DNA of 64,000 bases from an uncultured Gammaproteobacteria bacterium (GTDB taxonomy: Bacteria > Patescibacteriota > Patescibacteriia > UBA9570). The position numbers and the translations under genes were made by a program. Positions within the stretch are counted from its first letter, which is position 1, and the number at the start of each line of letters is the position of its first letter. Positions 18,212-28,394 of this stretch are shown piece by piece. The notes under the pieces are model-generated. The model saw only the letters and a list, made by a program, of their open reading frames with translations, did not search any database and was not told the DNA's origin. The stretch is from contig CAYLOJ010000005.1 of NCBI GenBank assembly GCA_964385285.1, positions 493-64,492 of the forward strand, written 5' to 3'.

Positions 18212-19867
18212 ATGTCGTCGAACTGTCGACACTGTCAGTCTGCATTTGTAATCACGAGCAGTGACCAAGCTTATTATGATCGCATCGCCGTACCGGCACC
18301 AACCCTATGCCCGCGTTGTCGTTTGCAGCGTCGCCTAAACATGCGCAATGAACGTGTCTTGTATCGACGCTCATGCGATTTGACCAGTGAATCAATCGTG
18401 ACCATTTTTTCACCGGATAGCCCATATACGGTGTATAGCCAAAGCGCTTGGTGGAGCGATCGTTGGGATCAACTAAAATTTGGCCGGGAGATGGATTTTA
18501 CTCAGCCCTTCTTCGCGCAGTTAAAAGCTTTGCAACTACAGCAGCCGCGCATGGCCTTACTCGCCAAAGATAGCGAGAATTCTGAATATACTAATCATTC
18601 TGCTTACAACAAAAATTGTTATTTAGGTTTTTCTGTGGTGAATTGTGAAGACGTAGCGTACGGATTCATGAATTTTAAATGTCAAAATTTAGTGGATTGC
18701 AGTTACATGTATGATCATAGCGAGCTGTGTTATGAATCTTTCTATGGACACGGAAATTATCGCTGTGCTTACACCACGCTTTGTCGGAATTGCACGAATG
18801 TTTGGTTTAGTTTTGATCTAAGTGGTTGTAAGGATTGCTTCTTGTCATATAACCTGCGCAATAAGCAATATTGTTTTTTAAATCAGCAATTAACTGCCGT
18901 TGAATATCAGCAGCGCGTGGCTGAGTATCAAACCATGACCTATGAGCAACAGCAGGGTCTTATTCAACAATGGCGGATGCTAATGGCTACGCAAGCCGTG
19001 CATCAAGCAACTCATCAAATTCATTGTTCAGACACCACGGGTAATTATCTGGCGCGGTGTCATCAAGTGCACGAAGGATATTATGTATCCGAGGCAGAAA
19101 ATTGTAGTTATGTAGCGCAAGCGGAAAATATTAAAGATTGTGTTGATGTAACCAATGTAGCACCGGCCGAAGCCTGTTATGAGGTTGCGGCTATTATTAA
19201 TGATAATCATTGCAAGTTTACCAACTACTCATATGATGATAGTTTCTTAGAATATTGCGATCACGTATTTAATTCACAACATCTCTTTGGTTGTGTTGGT
19301 CTAAATCGCCAGAAGTATTGTATTTTGAATCGGCAATATACGGAACCAGAATACGAGCGATTAAAAGCCAAATTAATCGCTTACATGAAAACGACGGGGG
19401 AGTACGGTGAGTTTTTCCCCTTAGGATATTCACCCTTTGCGTATAACGAAACGGTTGCCCAGGATTTTTTCCCTCTCACCAAAGCGCAAGCCCTAGCCTT
19501 GGGTGCTCAGTGGAATGATGCACTCGATCTCTTATCGCCAATTACCAATGGAGTAGATGCAAGTACATTGCCAGATACGATTGCTGGTGTTGAGGATGAT
19601 ATCCTGACTAAAACGTTGATATGCATTGTCTCTAAACGTGCCTATAAAATTCAACCCACTGAACTGTACCTGTATCGACAGCTGGGAATACCGTTGCCAC
19701 GTAAACATCCCGAAGTTCGGTTGAAGGAGCGCATGACCCAACGGGTCACCCCCGGTTTATTTGAACGCCAGTGCAACAAATGTTTACGGTCAGTGGCATC
19801 CAGTTTTGCAGCCGATCGTTCAGAGCGGATCTATTGTGCAAGCTGTTATCGCGAGGCCGTTTATTAG
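18212..19867 (+). CDS. Cys-rich tandem-family protein B (partly degenerate zinc ligands)
   Basis: Starts 1 nt after A's stop. N-terminal 'CRHCQ...YYDRIAVPAPTLCPRCRLQRRLNMRNERVLYRRSC', but the second knuckle is lost ('VYSQSAWWSD'). The C-terminal module has 'RKHPEVR' in place of CPxCR. Confidence 0.7.
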   Translation: MSSNCRHCQSAFVITSSDQAYYDRIAVPAPTLCPRCRLQRRLNMRNERVLYRRSCDLTSESIVTIFSPDSPYTVYSQSAWWSDRWDQLKFGREMDFTQPFFAQLKALQLQQPRMALLAKDSENSEYTNHSAYNKNCYLGFSVVNCEDVAYGFMNFKCQNLVDCSYMYDHSELCYESFYGHGNYRCAYTTLCRNCTNVWFSFDLSGCKDCFLSYNLRNKQYCFLNQQLTAVEYQQRVAEYQTMTYEQQQGLIQQWRMLMATQAVHQATHQIHCSDTTGNYLARCHQVHEGYYVSEAENCSYVAQAENIKDCVDVTNVAPAEACYEVAAIINDNHCKFTNYSYDDSFLEYCDHVFNSQHLFGCVGLNRQKYCILNRQYTEPEYERLKAKLIAYMKTTGEYGEFFPLGYSPFAYNETVAQDFFPLTKAQALALGAQWNDALDLLSPITNGVDASTLPDTIAGVEDDILTKTLICIVSKRAYKIQPTELYLYRQLGIPLPRKHPEVRLKERMTQRVTPGLFERQCNKCLRSVASSFAADRSERIYCASCYREAVY

Positions 19868-19989
19868 CGTATACTATTAATTGACATGTGACTGAATAAT
19901 TTATACTAAGGTTAGGTGAAAATAAATATTCGAACGCTAAAAATCTAATTCCATTTGACCACGTTAAGCCATTCCATTACGCTTCTGTT
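19868..19989 (+). repeat. duplicated intergenic block, copy 1 (after family gene B)
   Basis: Shares 'TAGCGTATA..T..ATTGACAT' and 'AAAwATCTAAwTmCAwTTGACCACGyTTAGC' with 23258-23395. Confidence 0.55.
19881..19909 (+). promoter_or_regulatory. sigma70-type promoter for family genes C-D
   Basis: TTGACA (19881-19886), 17-nt spacer, TATACT (19904-19909); lies in the intergenic block duplicated at 23258-23395. Confidence 0.5.
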
Positions 19990-21567
19990 ATGCCAACTCG
20001 TACATGTACCAATTGCTCCGGACAATTTAATCTCTCATCTGCAGATGAAAAATTTTATCAGTCCATCAGTGCACCACTACCCAAACAGTGTCCGCGTTGT
20101 CGCCAGCAGCGGCGCTTAGCGTATCGTAACGAACGCGCATTATTTGCTGATCAGTGTGCGAAATGTCAAACAAAGATTTTGTCATTGTATCAACCCACGG
20201 ATGGTTTGACGGTCTATTGCCAGACGTGTTGGTGGAGTGATGATTGGGATGCAGCCGATTATGGACAGGAGATCGATTGGAATCGTTCATTGTTGGAGCA
20301 ATATCAGGAAGTACGCAAACGTGTACCGCGCCTAGCCATTGTCAATTTGAATAGTGAAAATTCAGATTACACCAACATGTCAGCGGACAACAAAAATTGT
20401 TATCTATTGTTCGCATCAGAAAACTGTGAGAACTGTTCCTATGGAAAATTAGTTCAACACTGCAAAGACTGCTTTGATAATGCTTTTCTGTATGATTCTG
20501 AATTGTGTTATGAATGCATTAATTGTCGCAATTGTTTTCAGTGTACATATTTGCAGGATTCCCAAGACTCACGAGATTGTCATTACTCGTTAGGCTTAAA
20601 AGGTTGCAGTAATGTTTTTTTAAGCAATGATTTGCATAATAAAGAGTATTATATTCGTAACCAACCCGTTGCCCCGCAGGAATATGCAGCCAAGGTAGCA
20701 GAGTTATTAAAGGATCAACCGCAATGTCAGCGAGAATGGGATGCGTTATCACAAAAACGGATTGTAAAATACGCCGGAATTTTGAATAGCCCAGATTGCA
20801 CTGGTGACGCACTGACCAATTGTAAACGTGTGTTTGACTCGTATGATATTACCGATGGTCAAGATATCCGTTATTGCAGTGATGCCCTCACTCCGAAAGA
20901 TAGTTATGATTGTTCATTCTTCTATTACAATCCAGAATTGTGTTACGACTCACTCAGCATGCTGGAAACATACAACGTGCATTATTCAACCTTTATTTTT
21001 TATAGTCGTGATGTTGAATATGGTGATCAGATCCACAATAGTCATGACGTCTTATTATCTTCTTGCCTCCGTAAAAAAGAGTACACCATATTAAATAAAG
21101 TTTACTCTCCTACGGAATACGCAGACTTACGGAAGCGAGTGATTGCTAAAATGACCGAAGATGGTGAATACGGAGCCTTGCCGCCACTGAAGTATAGTTT
21201 GTTTGCCTATAATGATACTGTCGCTAACGAATACTTTCCATTGACCGCTGATCAAGCCAAACAAAGACATCTACGTTGGAACCAATCCGCAGATGCTGTA
21301 ACTACTAAGCCCTTTAACCTGACAGCGGCCGAAAAAGCCTTTTACGCTCAATTACATTTAACCGAACCTACTGTACATCCCGAACTGCGTCATCGTCGTC
21401 GCATGGCTAAACGTAATCCACGCAAATTATGGGAGCGCCAGTGTATGTGCGTGGAGGCAGATCATCAGCACGCCGTACAGTGTCCTAAGAAGTTTCACAC
21501 TACGTATATGCCTGATCGTTCAGAAAGTGTCTATTGTGCCGAGTGTTATCAAAAACGTTTTTACTAA
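19990..21567 (+). CDS. Cys-rich tandem-family protein C
   Basis: N-terminal 'CTNCSG..FYQSISAPLPKQCPRCRQQRRLAYRNERALFADQCAKC..VYCQTCWWSD'. C-terminal '...VHPELRHRRRMAKRNPRKLWERQCMC..DHQH..VYCAECY'. Confidence 0.7.
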   Translation: MPTRTCTNCSGQFNLSSADEKFYQSISAPLPKQCPRCRQQRRLAYRNERALFADQCAKCQTKILSLYQPTDGLTVYCQTCWWSDDWDAADYGQEIDWNRSLLEQYQEVRKRVPRLAIVNLNSENSDYTNMSADNKNCYLLFASENCENCSYGKLVQHCKDCFDNAFLYDSELCYECINCRNCFQCTYLQDSQDSRDCHYSLGLKGCSNVFLSNDLHNKEYYIRNQPVAPQEYAAKVAELLKDQPQCQREWDALSQKRIVKYAGILNSPDCTGDALTNCKRVFDSYDITDGQDIRYCSDALTPKDSYDCSFFYYNPELCYDSLSMLETYNVHYSTFIFYSRDVEYGDQIHNSHDVLLSSCLRKKEYTILNKVYSPTEYADLRKRVIAKMTEDGEYGALPPLKYSLFAYNDTVANEYFPLTADQAKQRHLRWNQSADAVTTKPFNLTAAEKAFYAQLHLTEPTVHPELRHRRRMAKRNPRKLWERQCMCVEADHQHAVQCPKKFHTTYMPDRSESVYCAECYQKRFY

Positions 21568-21586
21568 CTTCTGAGCTGGTTGAAGT

Positions 21587-23257
21587 ATGAATATCCAATG
21601 CCAACAGTGTCACAAAACGTTTCAGGTCACGCCCGATGACCAGTCGTTTTACGAACGGATCAAAGTACCTGCACCGACACTATGTCCAGATTGTCGCTAT
21701 CAGCGGCGCATTGTGTGGAGGAATGAGCGAACGTTATATAGTCGCCAGTGTGATCTTTGCCATAAAGGTATTATCTCGCTCTATCATCCGGCAAGTCCCT
21801 ACACGGTCTATTGCTATGAGTGCTGGTACTCTGATCAATGGAATCCATTAGATTACGGGCAGGAGATCGATTTTAGTCGTCCATTTTTTGAGCAGTTCAA
21901 AGCGTTGCAGCTAAAAGTCCCTCGGTTGTATGCCTTGATGGTTAACAATGAAAATTGTGAATATACCAATGGTACTCAGCAATGCAAAGATTGTTACATG
22001 ATTTTTGCTAGTGATCATGACGAACAGTGTATGTATTCCTATGGCACCTTTAATTCTGTGCAATCATTAGATCTAATGAGTAGTACTAAATGTGAGCTGT
22101 GTTATGAATGTGTTGGTTGCAGCAATTGTTATGATCTGCAGTATTCTGAGGATTGCAGTAATTGTCACTCCTCACTATTTCTGATTGACTGCAAGGGGAG
22201 TAGTGATTGCTTCATGTCGTATGGATTGCGAAATAAACAATATGTTTGGCAAAATCAGCAATTAACAGCTGAACAGTATCAGACAAAGCTGGCAAATTTA
22301 AAACGCAGTAGCTATCAAACGATTGCTCGGCTAAAAACAGAGTTTGCTAATCTGAAAAAGAAACACATCTTCAAATATTATCATGGCCAGAATAATGAGA
22401 ATTGTTCTGGTGACTACCTGGAGCGGTGTGTCAATAGTACTCACTGCTTTGAAAGTTTTGGGATTCAAAATTGCAAGTATATTACACATGGTAACCAAAT
22501 TAAAGATACCTATGATGGTTATATGAATGTGGATGGAGTGGAGCTCGGTTATGAATTAGTGGGGGCGATTGGTTCCTATAATGTGAAGTATGCGATTGCC
22601 TATTATGGTGGCCGAGATTGTGACTATATGGATACGGCCAAACAGGTGAATAACAGTTTTGGTTGTGTGGGATTGCAGCACCAGCAGTATTGTATTCTGA
22701 ACAAACGCTACAGCCCAGAAGACTATGCCCAGTTGAAGAGTCGTCTGATTGAACATATGAAAACTACGGGTGAGTATGGTCAGAATTTTCCAGTGACCTG
22801 TTCACCATTCGCGTATAATGAAACAGCAGCTCAGGACATGTATCCTTTGACCAAAGCTGAAGTGGAGGGTCGGGGATGGCAATGGCGTGATCCAATCGTC
22901 AAAGAGGCGCGCTATAGTACTTATCGTGTAACGGATGACATCGCTAAAACTAATGATGATGTCTTGCAAACATTTTTGACCTGTGCGCAATGCCATAAGC
23001 CTTATAGAGTTGTAGCAGCAGAATTGGCGTTTTACCGTACGCAACAGATTCCGTTGCCACGCTGCTGTTTTGAATGTCGTCATCGCCAGCGCTTAGATCA
23101 CCGCAACCCGAGAGCTCTCTGGCATAGGCAGTGCATGTGCACTCAACCAGATCATGGCCACGCTGCAGTTTGTGCCAACACCTTTGAAACGGCTTATCCA
23201 GAGAGTAATGCGGCAATTGTCTACTGTGAACGCTGCTACGATCAAACCATTGCTTAA
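21587..23257 (+). CDS. Cys-rich tandem-family protein D
   Basis: N-terminal 'CQQCHKTF..FYERIKVPAPTLCPDCRYQRRIVWRNERTLYSRQCDLC..VYCYECWYSD'. C-terminal 'FYRTQQIPLPRCCFECRHRQRLDHRNPRALWHRQCMC..DHGH..VYCERCY'. 19 nt after C. Confidence 0.7.
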   Translation: MNIQCQQCHKTFQVTPDDQSFYERIKVPAPTLCPDCRYQRRIVWRNERTLYSRQCDLCHKGIISLYHPASPYTVYCYECWYSDQWNPLDYGQEIDFSRPFFEQFKALQLKVPRLYALMVNNENCEYTNGTQQCKDCYMIFASDHDEQCMYSYGTFNSVQSLDLMSSTKCELCYECVGCSNCYDLQYSEDCSNCHSSLFLIDCKGSSDCFMSYGLRNKQYVWQNQQLTAEQYQTKLANLKRSSYQTIARLKTEFANLKKKHIFKYYHGQNNENCSGDYLERCVNSTHCFESFGIQNCKYITHGNQIKDTYDGYMNVDGVELGYELVGAIGSYNVKYAIAYYGGRDCDYMDTAKQVNNSFGCVGLQHQQYCILNKRYSPEDYAQLKSRLIEHMKTTGEYGQNFPVTCSPFAYNETAAQDMYPLTKAEVEGRGWQWRDPIVKEARYSTYRVTDDIAKTNDDVLQTFLTCAQCHKPYRVVAAELAFYRTQQIPLPRCCFECRHRQRLDHRNPRALWHRQCMCTQPDHGHAAVCANTFETAYPESNAAIVYCERCYDQTIA

Positions 23258-23395
23258 TAGCGTATAAGTTCAATTGACATTCACGTATTTTTTGCTAACC
23301 TAAAATTAGGTATTTTTTGAATTTTCCCCAGCTAAATATCTAAATACAATTGACCACGCTTAGCACTAATATTACCGTAAGATCATTGCACCACT
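23258..23395 (+). repeat. duplicated intergenic block, copy 2 (after family gene D)
   Basis: See copy 1: same conserved ends, internal indels. Confidence 0.55.
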
Positions 23396-24172
23396 ATGAT
23401 TACTAGCAAAGTTAAGAAAGATCTTTCCCAACTAGGTTTAACCGACAACGAGATCAAATTCTATGTGGCCGGATTGGAGTTAGGCTTGGCGACGATTCCA
23501 CAAATTGCTGAACGCGCCGGTTTATCCCGCATGACTGGTTATAACATTTTTAAAGTGTTGAGCCAGAAAGGGATGGCCGATATGGATGTACGTAGTTATG
23601 GTCAGAAATGTAAAGTGGCGAAACCAGCAAAATTACTCACTTTGTTTGAGCAGGAACGCAAAAGCTTAGATAAATTGGCCACCGACATGCCCAATTTAAT
23701 TGGGGAGTTGAATGTGTTGTATTCCTCAGTACCAGAGGATTTAGAGATCCATTACTTTCGCGCGAAAGAAGCGATCACTAAAATTTGGGACGAGGCCTTA
23801 ACCAACACAAAAAAAGGGGATGATCTATTAGTGCTATCCGCTGTAGATCTAGCGCCTACTCTGGGTGAACACTATCTGGAATTCATGGAAGAGCAACTGT
23901 TGCGTAGTACAGAGAAAGGGATTCACCTGAAAATGATTTTGGAAAAAACAGGTACCTATACCATCGCGCGAAGTGAGCTACAGCAACTTATTCCAGAATC
24001 AATGCAAATGAAATTAGGCGCTACATGTGATCAATTGATTTATGCTGATCACGTGGCCTACATATTTCCAGGCCGTGAATTGTTTGGCATCACTATTCAC
24101 AATAAAGAATTGGCTAATCACCATTCCAGAATTTTCTACACGTTGTGGAATAAAACCTATTCGTTAAATTAA
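23396..24172 (+). CDS. TrmB-family HTH transcriptional regulator
   Basis: N-terminal 'LSQLGLTDNEIKFYVAGLELGLATIPQIAERAGLSRMTGYNIFKVLSQKGM' fits the TrmB wHTH pattern (GL..E.KVY..LL..G..T..EIA...G..R..VY..L..L..KG). Embedded between family genes D and E. Confidence 0.6.
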   Translation: MITSKVKKDLSQLGLTDNEIKFYVAGLELGLATIPQIAERAGLSRMTGYNIFKVLSQKGMADMDVRSYGQKCKVAKPAKLLTLFEQERKSLDKLATDMPNLIGELNVLYSSVPEDLEIHYFRAKEAITKIWDEALTNTKKGDDLLVLSAVDLAPTLGEHYLEFMEEQLLRSTEKGIHLKMILEKTGTYTIARSELQQLIPESMQMKLGATCDQLIYADHVAYIFPGRELFGITIHNKELANHHSRIFYTLWNKTYSLN

Positions 24173-24258
24173 TTACCGTTTAGTAATGGGCATAAAGCCC
24201 ATCCCTCTCAATTATTTCTGGAGACCCCGGGTTTATCCTGGTGGTCAAACGATTATTT

Positions 24259-25887
24259 ATGCAAACTTCCCAATGTCAAAATTGTAGTAAAACCTTCCGT
24301 ATCACTGATACTGATTTAGCATTTTACAAAACGATCGATGTTCCATCACCCACACATTGTCCAGATTGTCGACAACGTCGGCGGTTAGCCTGGCGCAATG
24401 AGCATACGTTATATAACCGGCAGTGCGATCTCTGTAAAAAAGCCATTGTCTCGATTTATCCGGCCAACTCCACGTTTACAATTTATTGCCATGACTGCTG
24501 GTGGAGTGATCAGTGGAACGCTTTAGATTATGGACAGGCGATTGATTGGGAAAGACCATTTTTTGCGCAGTGGAATGAACTGCAGCAAAAAGTGCCCAAG
24601 ATTGCCTTGTACGCAGCTGACAATGAACAATCGGATTATGTGAATATGACCGGATACAGCAAAGGTTGCTATTTAGTATTCGCCGGCGATTACGATGAGG
24701 ATTGCATGTATTCCACGCAAGCCATTAAATCGATTAGTTGTGTGGATACGTTGAATTGCACCGAAAGTGAGGATTGTTACGAAGTGGTCGATGTGGAGCG
24801 GTGTTACCGATTGTTTTGGTCACAGAATTGCAAGCATTGCACGGATAGTATGTTTTTATTTGATTGTCGTGGTTGTACAGATTGTTTATTTTCTACTAAC
24901 TTACGCAACCAACGCTATTACATTTTTAATAAGGAATATACACCAGAACAATATCAACAAAAAAAAGCTGAGTTAATTGCCGAAATCCGTTCTGGTAAGT
25001 TGCCGAGCCTGTTAAGACAGTTTCAAGACTTATGCATTAAAGCCATCCATCGTCCCTTGGAACAAGCCAATAGTGAAGCGATCTCCGGTGACTTTATCTT
25101 TAATTCTCAGGATGCGCAGCAATGTTATGACGTAAATGGTATTGAACATTGCCGCTATGTGTACACAGGATTTCATGTGAAGGACCTTATGGATGTCTGT
25201 CATACCACTGATATCGAATTAGGCTATGAGGCCACCAGCATTGGCTATAACGCATATAATTGTCAGTTTGTGATGACCGCTTGGACTGTACGAGATTGTT
25301 ATTACAGCACTGAGATTTTTCATAGTCATGATCTCTTTGGCTGTGTTGGCTTATCCAAGCAACAATTCTGTATATTAAATACACAGTACACCGAAGAGGA
25401 GTATCATCAGCTCAAGAAAAAATTGGTGGATCAGATGCGTGCAACAGGTGAGTATGGCGAGTTTTTTCCTATGTCACTCAGCCCGTTTGCCTATAACGCT
25501 AGCATGGCACAGGTGTGGTATCCGTTAACACGCGAGCAAGTTCAGGCTGAACAATTGCAATGGTATGAAGAGCCGGCCAAACTGAACACCAGCGGTACAG
25601 ATGTGCTGAGGTGCACCAAGACTGGTAGGTCATATCGTGTTATTCCACAGGAGCGTGCTTGGTATCAGCGAATGGGATTACCGATTCCAGTAGTGTGCCC
25701 TGATGAACGTCGCCGTCTCCGTTTTATTCAACGCAATCCACGCCAATTATGGCAACGGCAGTGCATGTGTACACAAACTGATCATCAACATCATGGACGT
25801 TGTAGCGAAGAGTTTGCCACTACCTATGCTCCAGATCGGAAAGAGCTAGTATATTGTGAGCACTGCTACCAGAAAGAGGTGCTTTAA
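24259..25887 (+). CDS. Cys-rich tandem-family protein E
   Basis: The ATG at 24259 ('MQTSQCQNC') aligns with the paralog starts; the track GTG at 24241 is an alternative. C-terminal 'GLPIPVVCPDERRRLRFIQRNPRQLWQRQCMC..DHQHH..VYCEHCY'. Confidence 0.7.
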   Translation: MQTSQCQNCSKTFRITDTDLAFYKTIDVPSPTHCPDCRQRRRLAWRNEHTLYNRQCDLCKKAIVSIYPANSTFTIYCHDCWWSDQWNALDYGQAIDWERPFFAQWNELQQKVPKIALYAADNEQSDYVNMTGYSKGCYLVFAGDYDEDCMYSTQAIKSISCVDTLNCTESEDCYEVVDVERCYRLFWSQNCKHCTDSMFLFDCRGCTDCLFSTNLRNQRYYIFNKEYTPEQYQQKKAELIAEIRSGKLPSLLRQFQDLCIKAIHRPLEQANSEAISGDFIFNSQDAQQCYDVNGIEHCRYVYTGFHVKDLMDVCHTTDIELGYEATSIGYNAYNCQFVMTAWTVRDCYYSTEIFHSHDLFGCVGLSKQQFCILNTQYTEEEYHQLKKKLVDQMRATGEYGEFFPMSLSPFAYNASMAQVWYPLTREQVQAEQLQWYEEPAKLNTSGTDVLRCTKTGRSYRVIPQERAWYQRMGLPIPVVCPDERRRLRFIQRNPRQLWQRQCMCTQTDHQHHGRCSEEFATTYAPDRKELVYCEHCYQKEVL

Positions 25888-26450
25888 CGTTTGTCCAAGT
25901 ACCGCTTGATCTGTTCAAGTAGCAATGGAAAAGTTTGATAACCCGCAGCAGAGTTTAAGTGTCCACCAGCTGGAATCATCGTAACTGGTACTTGCAAACC
26001 CTGACTGATTTGTTCTGCACATTGCTGTGACACATACGGATCATTATCGCCGTGGTATAGCCTAATTACTGAGCAATGTTCCTTAATAGCTGGCCAGTTA
26101 AATGCGTGATCTACAAATGTAGCATTGATTAGATCAAACTTTGGATTATTGAGGCGGGTGGCAAAACCGGCTACTAAGTAGGCCGCCCCTACAGTGTATT
26201 GCTCCAGGAGATGAAGTACGAAGGTTGCTCCCAAACTGTGTCCAATTAAAATGCTGTCGGGTTGAATTTGTTTTTTGTAAGGCGTTAGTACTTTTAACCA
26301 AGTGTCCAAAGATTGTTCATTCGGGGTCGGAAAAGTGGGAGTAATCACTGAACAGCCAAGATGTTCTAATTCCTGTTTTAACCACGGTATCCAGTTTTCG
26401 TTTGCATTTCCGTAGGCTCCATGTAAGATAAAGACAGTCATAGGTTTCAT
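25884..26450 (-). CDS. alpha/beta-hydrolase-fold serine hydrolase, YdeN/RBBP9-like
   Basis: 188 aa; 'ILHG' N-terminus; nucleophile elbow 'GHSLG'; size typical of the family. Confidence 0.65.
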   Translation of the reverse strand: MKPMTVFILHGAYGNANENWIPWLKQELEHLGCSVITPTFPTPNEQSLDTWLKVLTPYKKQIQPDSILIGHSLGATFVLHLLEQYTVGAAYLVAGFATRLNNPKFDLINATFVDHAFNWPAIKEHCSVIRLYHGDNDPYVSQQCAEQISQGLQVPVTMIPAGGHLNSAAGYQTFPLLLEQIKRYLDKR

Positions 26451-26561
26451 GATTGATGAAGTTAACTGACCATTAAAAGCAATACAAATAGTTAAAGTGG
26501 TAGTTAGTAGAGATTGTATAGTGCTTTTATAAATTTTACTAGTTAGTGATATAACTCCATC

Positions 26562-27584
26562 ATGAAAAAACGGGTTCAGCGTAAAAAGGAATCGTTAGTG
26601 CTCGGCAAGATGCTCAAAAAGATTGCACCGCAAATCGGTGCTAGTGTTGTGATAGAACCAGAGTGGGGGATGACCGGACGTATTACGTTTAAGAGCGGTC
26701 GTCATTCCTACTTTCGCTATAACACGCTTGATCTGAATCCGGTGGGTAGTTCCGATATTGCTAAAGATAAAAACTTTGCTGATTATTTCATGCGCTCACT
26801 CGGCTACCAAACTGTGCCCGACAGCAAAACGTTTTTTTCGCAGGCCTGGGCAGAGACGATCGGTCTGCCTAGTCGAACCATCGATGCCGCTTATCGTTAT
26901 GCGTGCGGATTAGGTTTCCCCGTGGTCGTCAAACCGAATAGCGGTAGCCAAGGTTCCGGTGTAGCATTGGTCTATAATCAACGTGAATTTTACACCGCTA
27001 TGCGAGCCATTTTTAAAGCGGATCGCGTCGCTTTAGTGCAACGCCCTGTACGCGGTAATGATTATCGCTGCGTCGTACTCGACAATCGTGTAATCTCTAC
27101 TTACTTGCGCAAACCGTTAGAAGTGGTTGGCGATGGCCGTTCTTCGATTCGTCAATTATTGAATCGGAAGCAACTTGAGTTTCGTGCAGCCAAACGCGAT
27201 ACCCAGATTAATGCCGCTGATCCTAGAATTGCTCGCAAACTTAAGCATTTACGACTAACGTGGAGAACCGTACTGGCGAAAGGTCAGCAGCTGTCTTTGC
27301 TCGATAATGCCAACTTATCTACCGGTGGCGAGGCAATCGACGTGACCGCAAACGTGCATCCTGCTTTCAAAAAACTCGTCATTCAACTGACACGTGATAT
27401 GGGACTGCGGTTATGTGGTGTTGATTTAATGGTCGATGGAGAAATTAGTAGTCAGCCGGACAAATATACAATTTTGGAAATCAATGCTGCACCGGGTTTA
27501 GACCACTATGTCAAAATGGGCAAACAACAAGAGCGAATTGTGGAGCAGCTCTATTTAGAAGTATTGAAACATTTGGAGCGCTAA
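26562..27584 (+). CDS. ATP-grasp fold ligase (RimK/cyanophycin-synthetase-like)
   Basis: 'VVKPNSGSQGSGV', 'NLSTGGEAIDVT', 'GVDLMVDG....ILEINAAPGL'. Confidence 0.55.
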   Translation: MKKRVQRKKESLVLGKMLKKIAPQIGASVVIEPEWGMTGRITFKSGRHSYFRYNTLDLNPVGSSDIAKDKNFADYFMRSLGYQTVPDSKTFFSQAWAETIGLPSRTIDAAYRYACGLGFPVVVKPNSGSQGSGVALVYNQREFYTAMRAIFKADRVALVQRPVRGNDYRCVVLDNRVISTYLRKPLEVVGDGRSSIRQLLNRKQLEFRAAKRDTQINAADPRIARKLKHLRLTWRTVLAKGQQLSLLDNANLSTGGEAIDVTANVHPAFKKLVIQLTRDMGLRLCGVDLMVDGEISSQPDKYTILEINAAPGLDHYVKMGKQQERIVEQLYLEVLKHLER

Positions 27585-28390
27585 CGTGCACTGCTACGCG
27601 CGCGGATAGCCATGAACAGAGGAAACTCTTGGCGCGATCGGTTTTCAGCTTTGGCACGGGCACCGGGCAAACTGGCTCGATCTGATGTCCATTCTTCGAG
27701 TGCATCAATCATGAAGCCTGCTTTGGCTAAGCCTTGAATATAATCTTGCAAAGGATGATGAAATGAAATCGTACTTTCAGATTCACGTTTACCTGGATGC
27801 GCGGATAACGCCACGTGATAGGGTGACAGGTAAGTATCAATACGACGGTATTGTAATTTGCGTTGCTCATCAAAGCCCCAACCACTTTGTTTGGGTGGTC
27901 GAAAGGCAGGATGATTGAGCACAATCACGAATGAGGCACCGGGTTTGAGCACTTCTGCGGCTTGATCAAATACAGCTTGATAATCGGCAATGTTCTGCAT
28001 TGCCAGGATGCAGGTAGCACCATCAAATCGCAATTTCATAATTTCACGAGGAAAGTGGGTTGCATCGCCGACGAAGAATTCAGCTCCACGGGCATGTTTT
28101 TGTCTGGCTTGGGCAATCAGATCACGCGCTAAATCAAATCCCGTGACTAAGGCTTTGTGCCGTTGGGTTAATTTTAAAGCAAACGAACCCTCGCCACAGG
28201 CAATATCCAAATAATGTTTCCCAGCTTTCGGTTGTAATAGGGCCAGGGTTTTTGGGAAAATCAAAGTACTTTGGTAAGTGCCTTTATCTTGCAGATGTTT
28301 CCCGTACCAACCAGCCACAGAGTTCCAATCCGTCCGTTTTGGGCGATCTTCTACATGACGACGATTATTTTTGGGATAACGCGGGCGCAT
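27581..28390 (-). CDS. class I SAM-dependent methyltransferase
   Basis: Motif I 'YLDIACGEGSFALKL'; motif post-I 'VTGFDLA'. Confidence 0.65.
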   Translation of the reverse strand: MRPRYPKNNRRHVEDRPKRTDWNSVAGWYGKHLQDKGTYQSTLIFPKTLALLQPKAGKHYLDIACGEGSFALKLTQRHKALVTGFDLARDLIAQARQKHARGAEFFVGDATHFPREIMKLRFDGATCILAMQNIADYQAVFDQAAEVLKPGASFVIVLNHPAFRPPKQSGWGFDEQRKLQYRRIDTYLSPYHVALSAHPGKRESESTISFHHPLQDYIQGLAKAGFMIDALEEWTSDRASLPGARAKAENRSRQEFPLFMAIRARSSAR

Positions 28391-28394
28391 AAGG

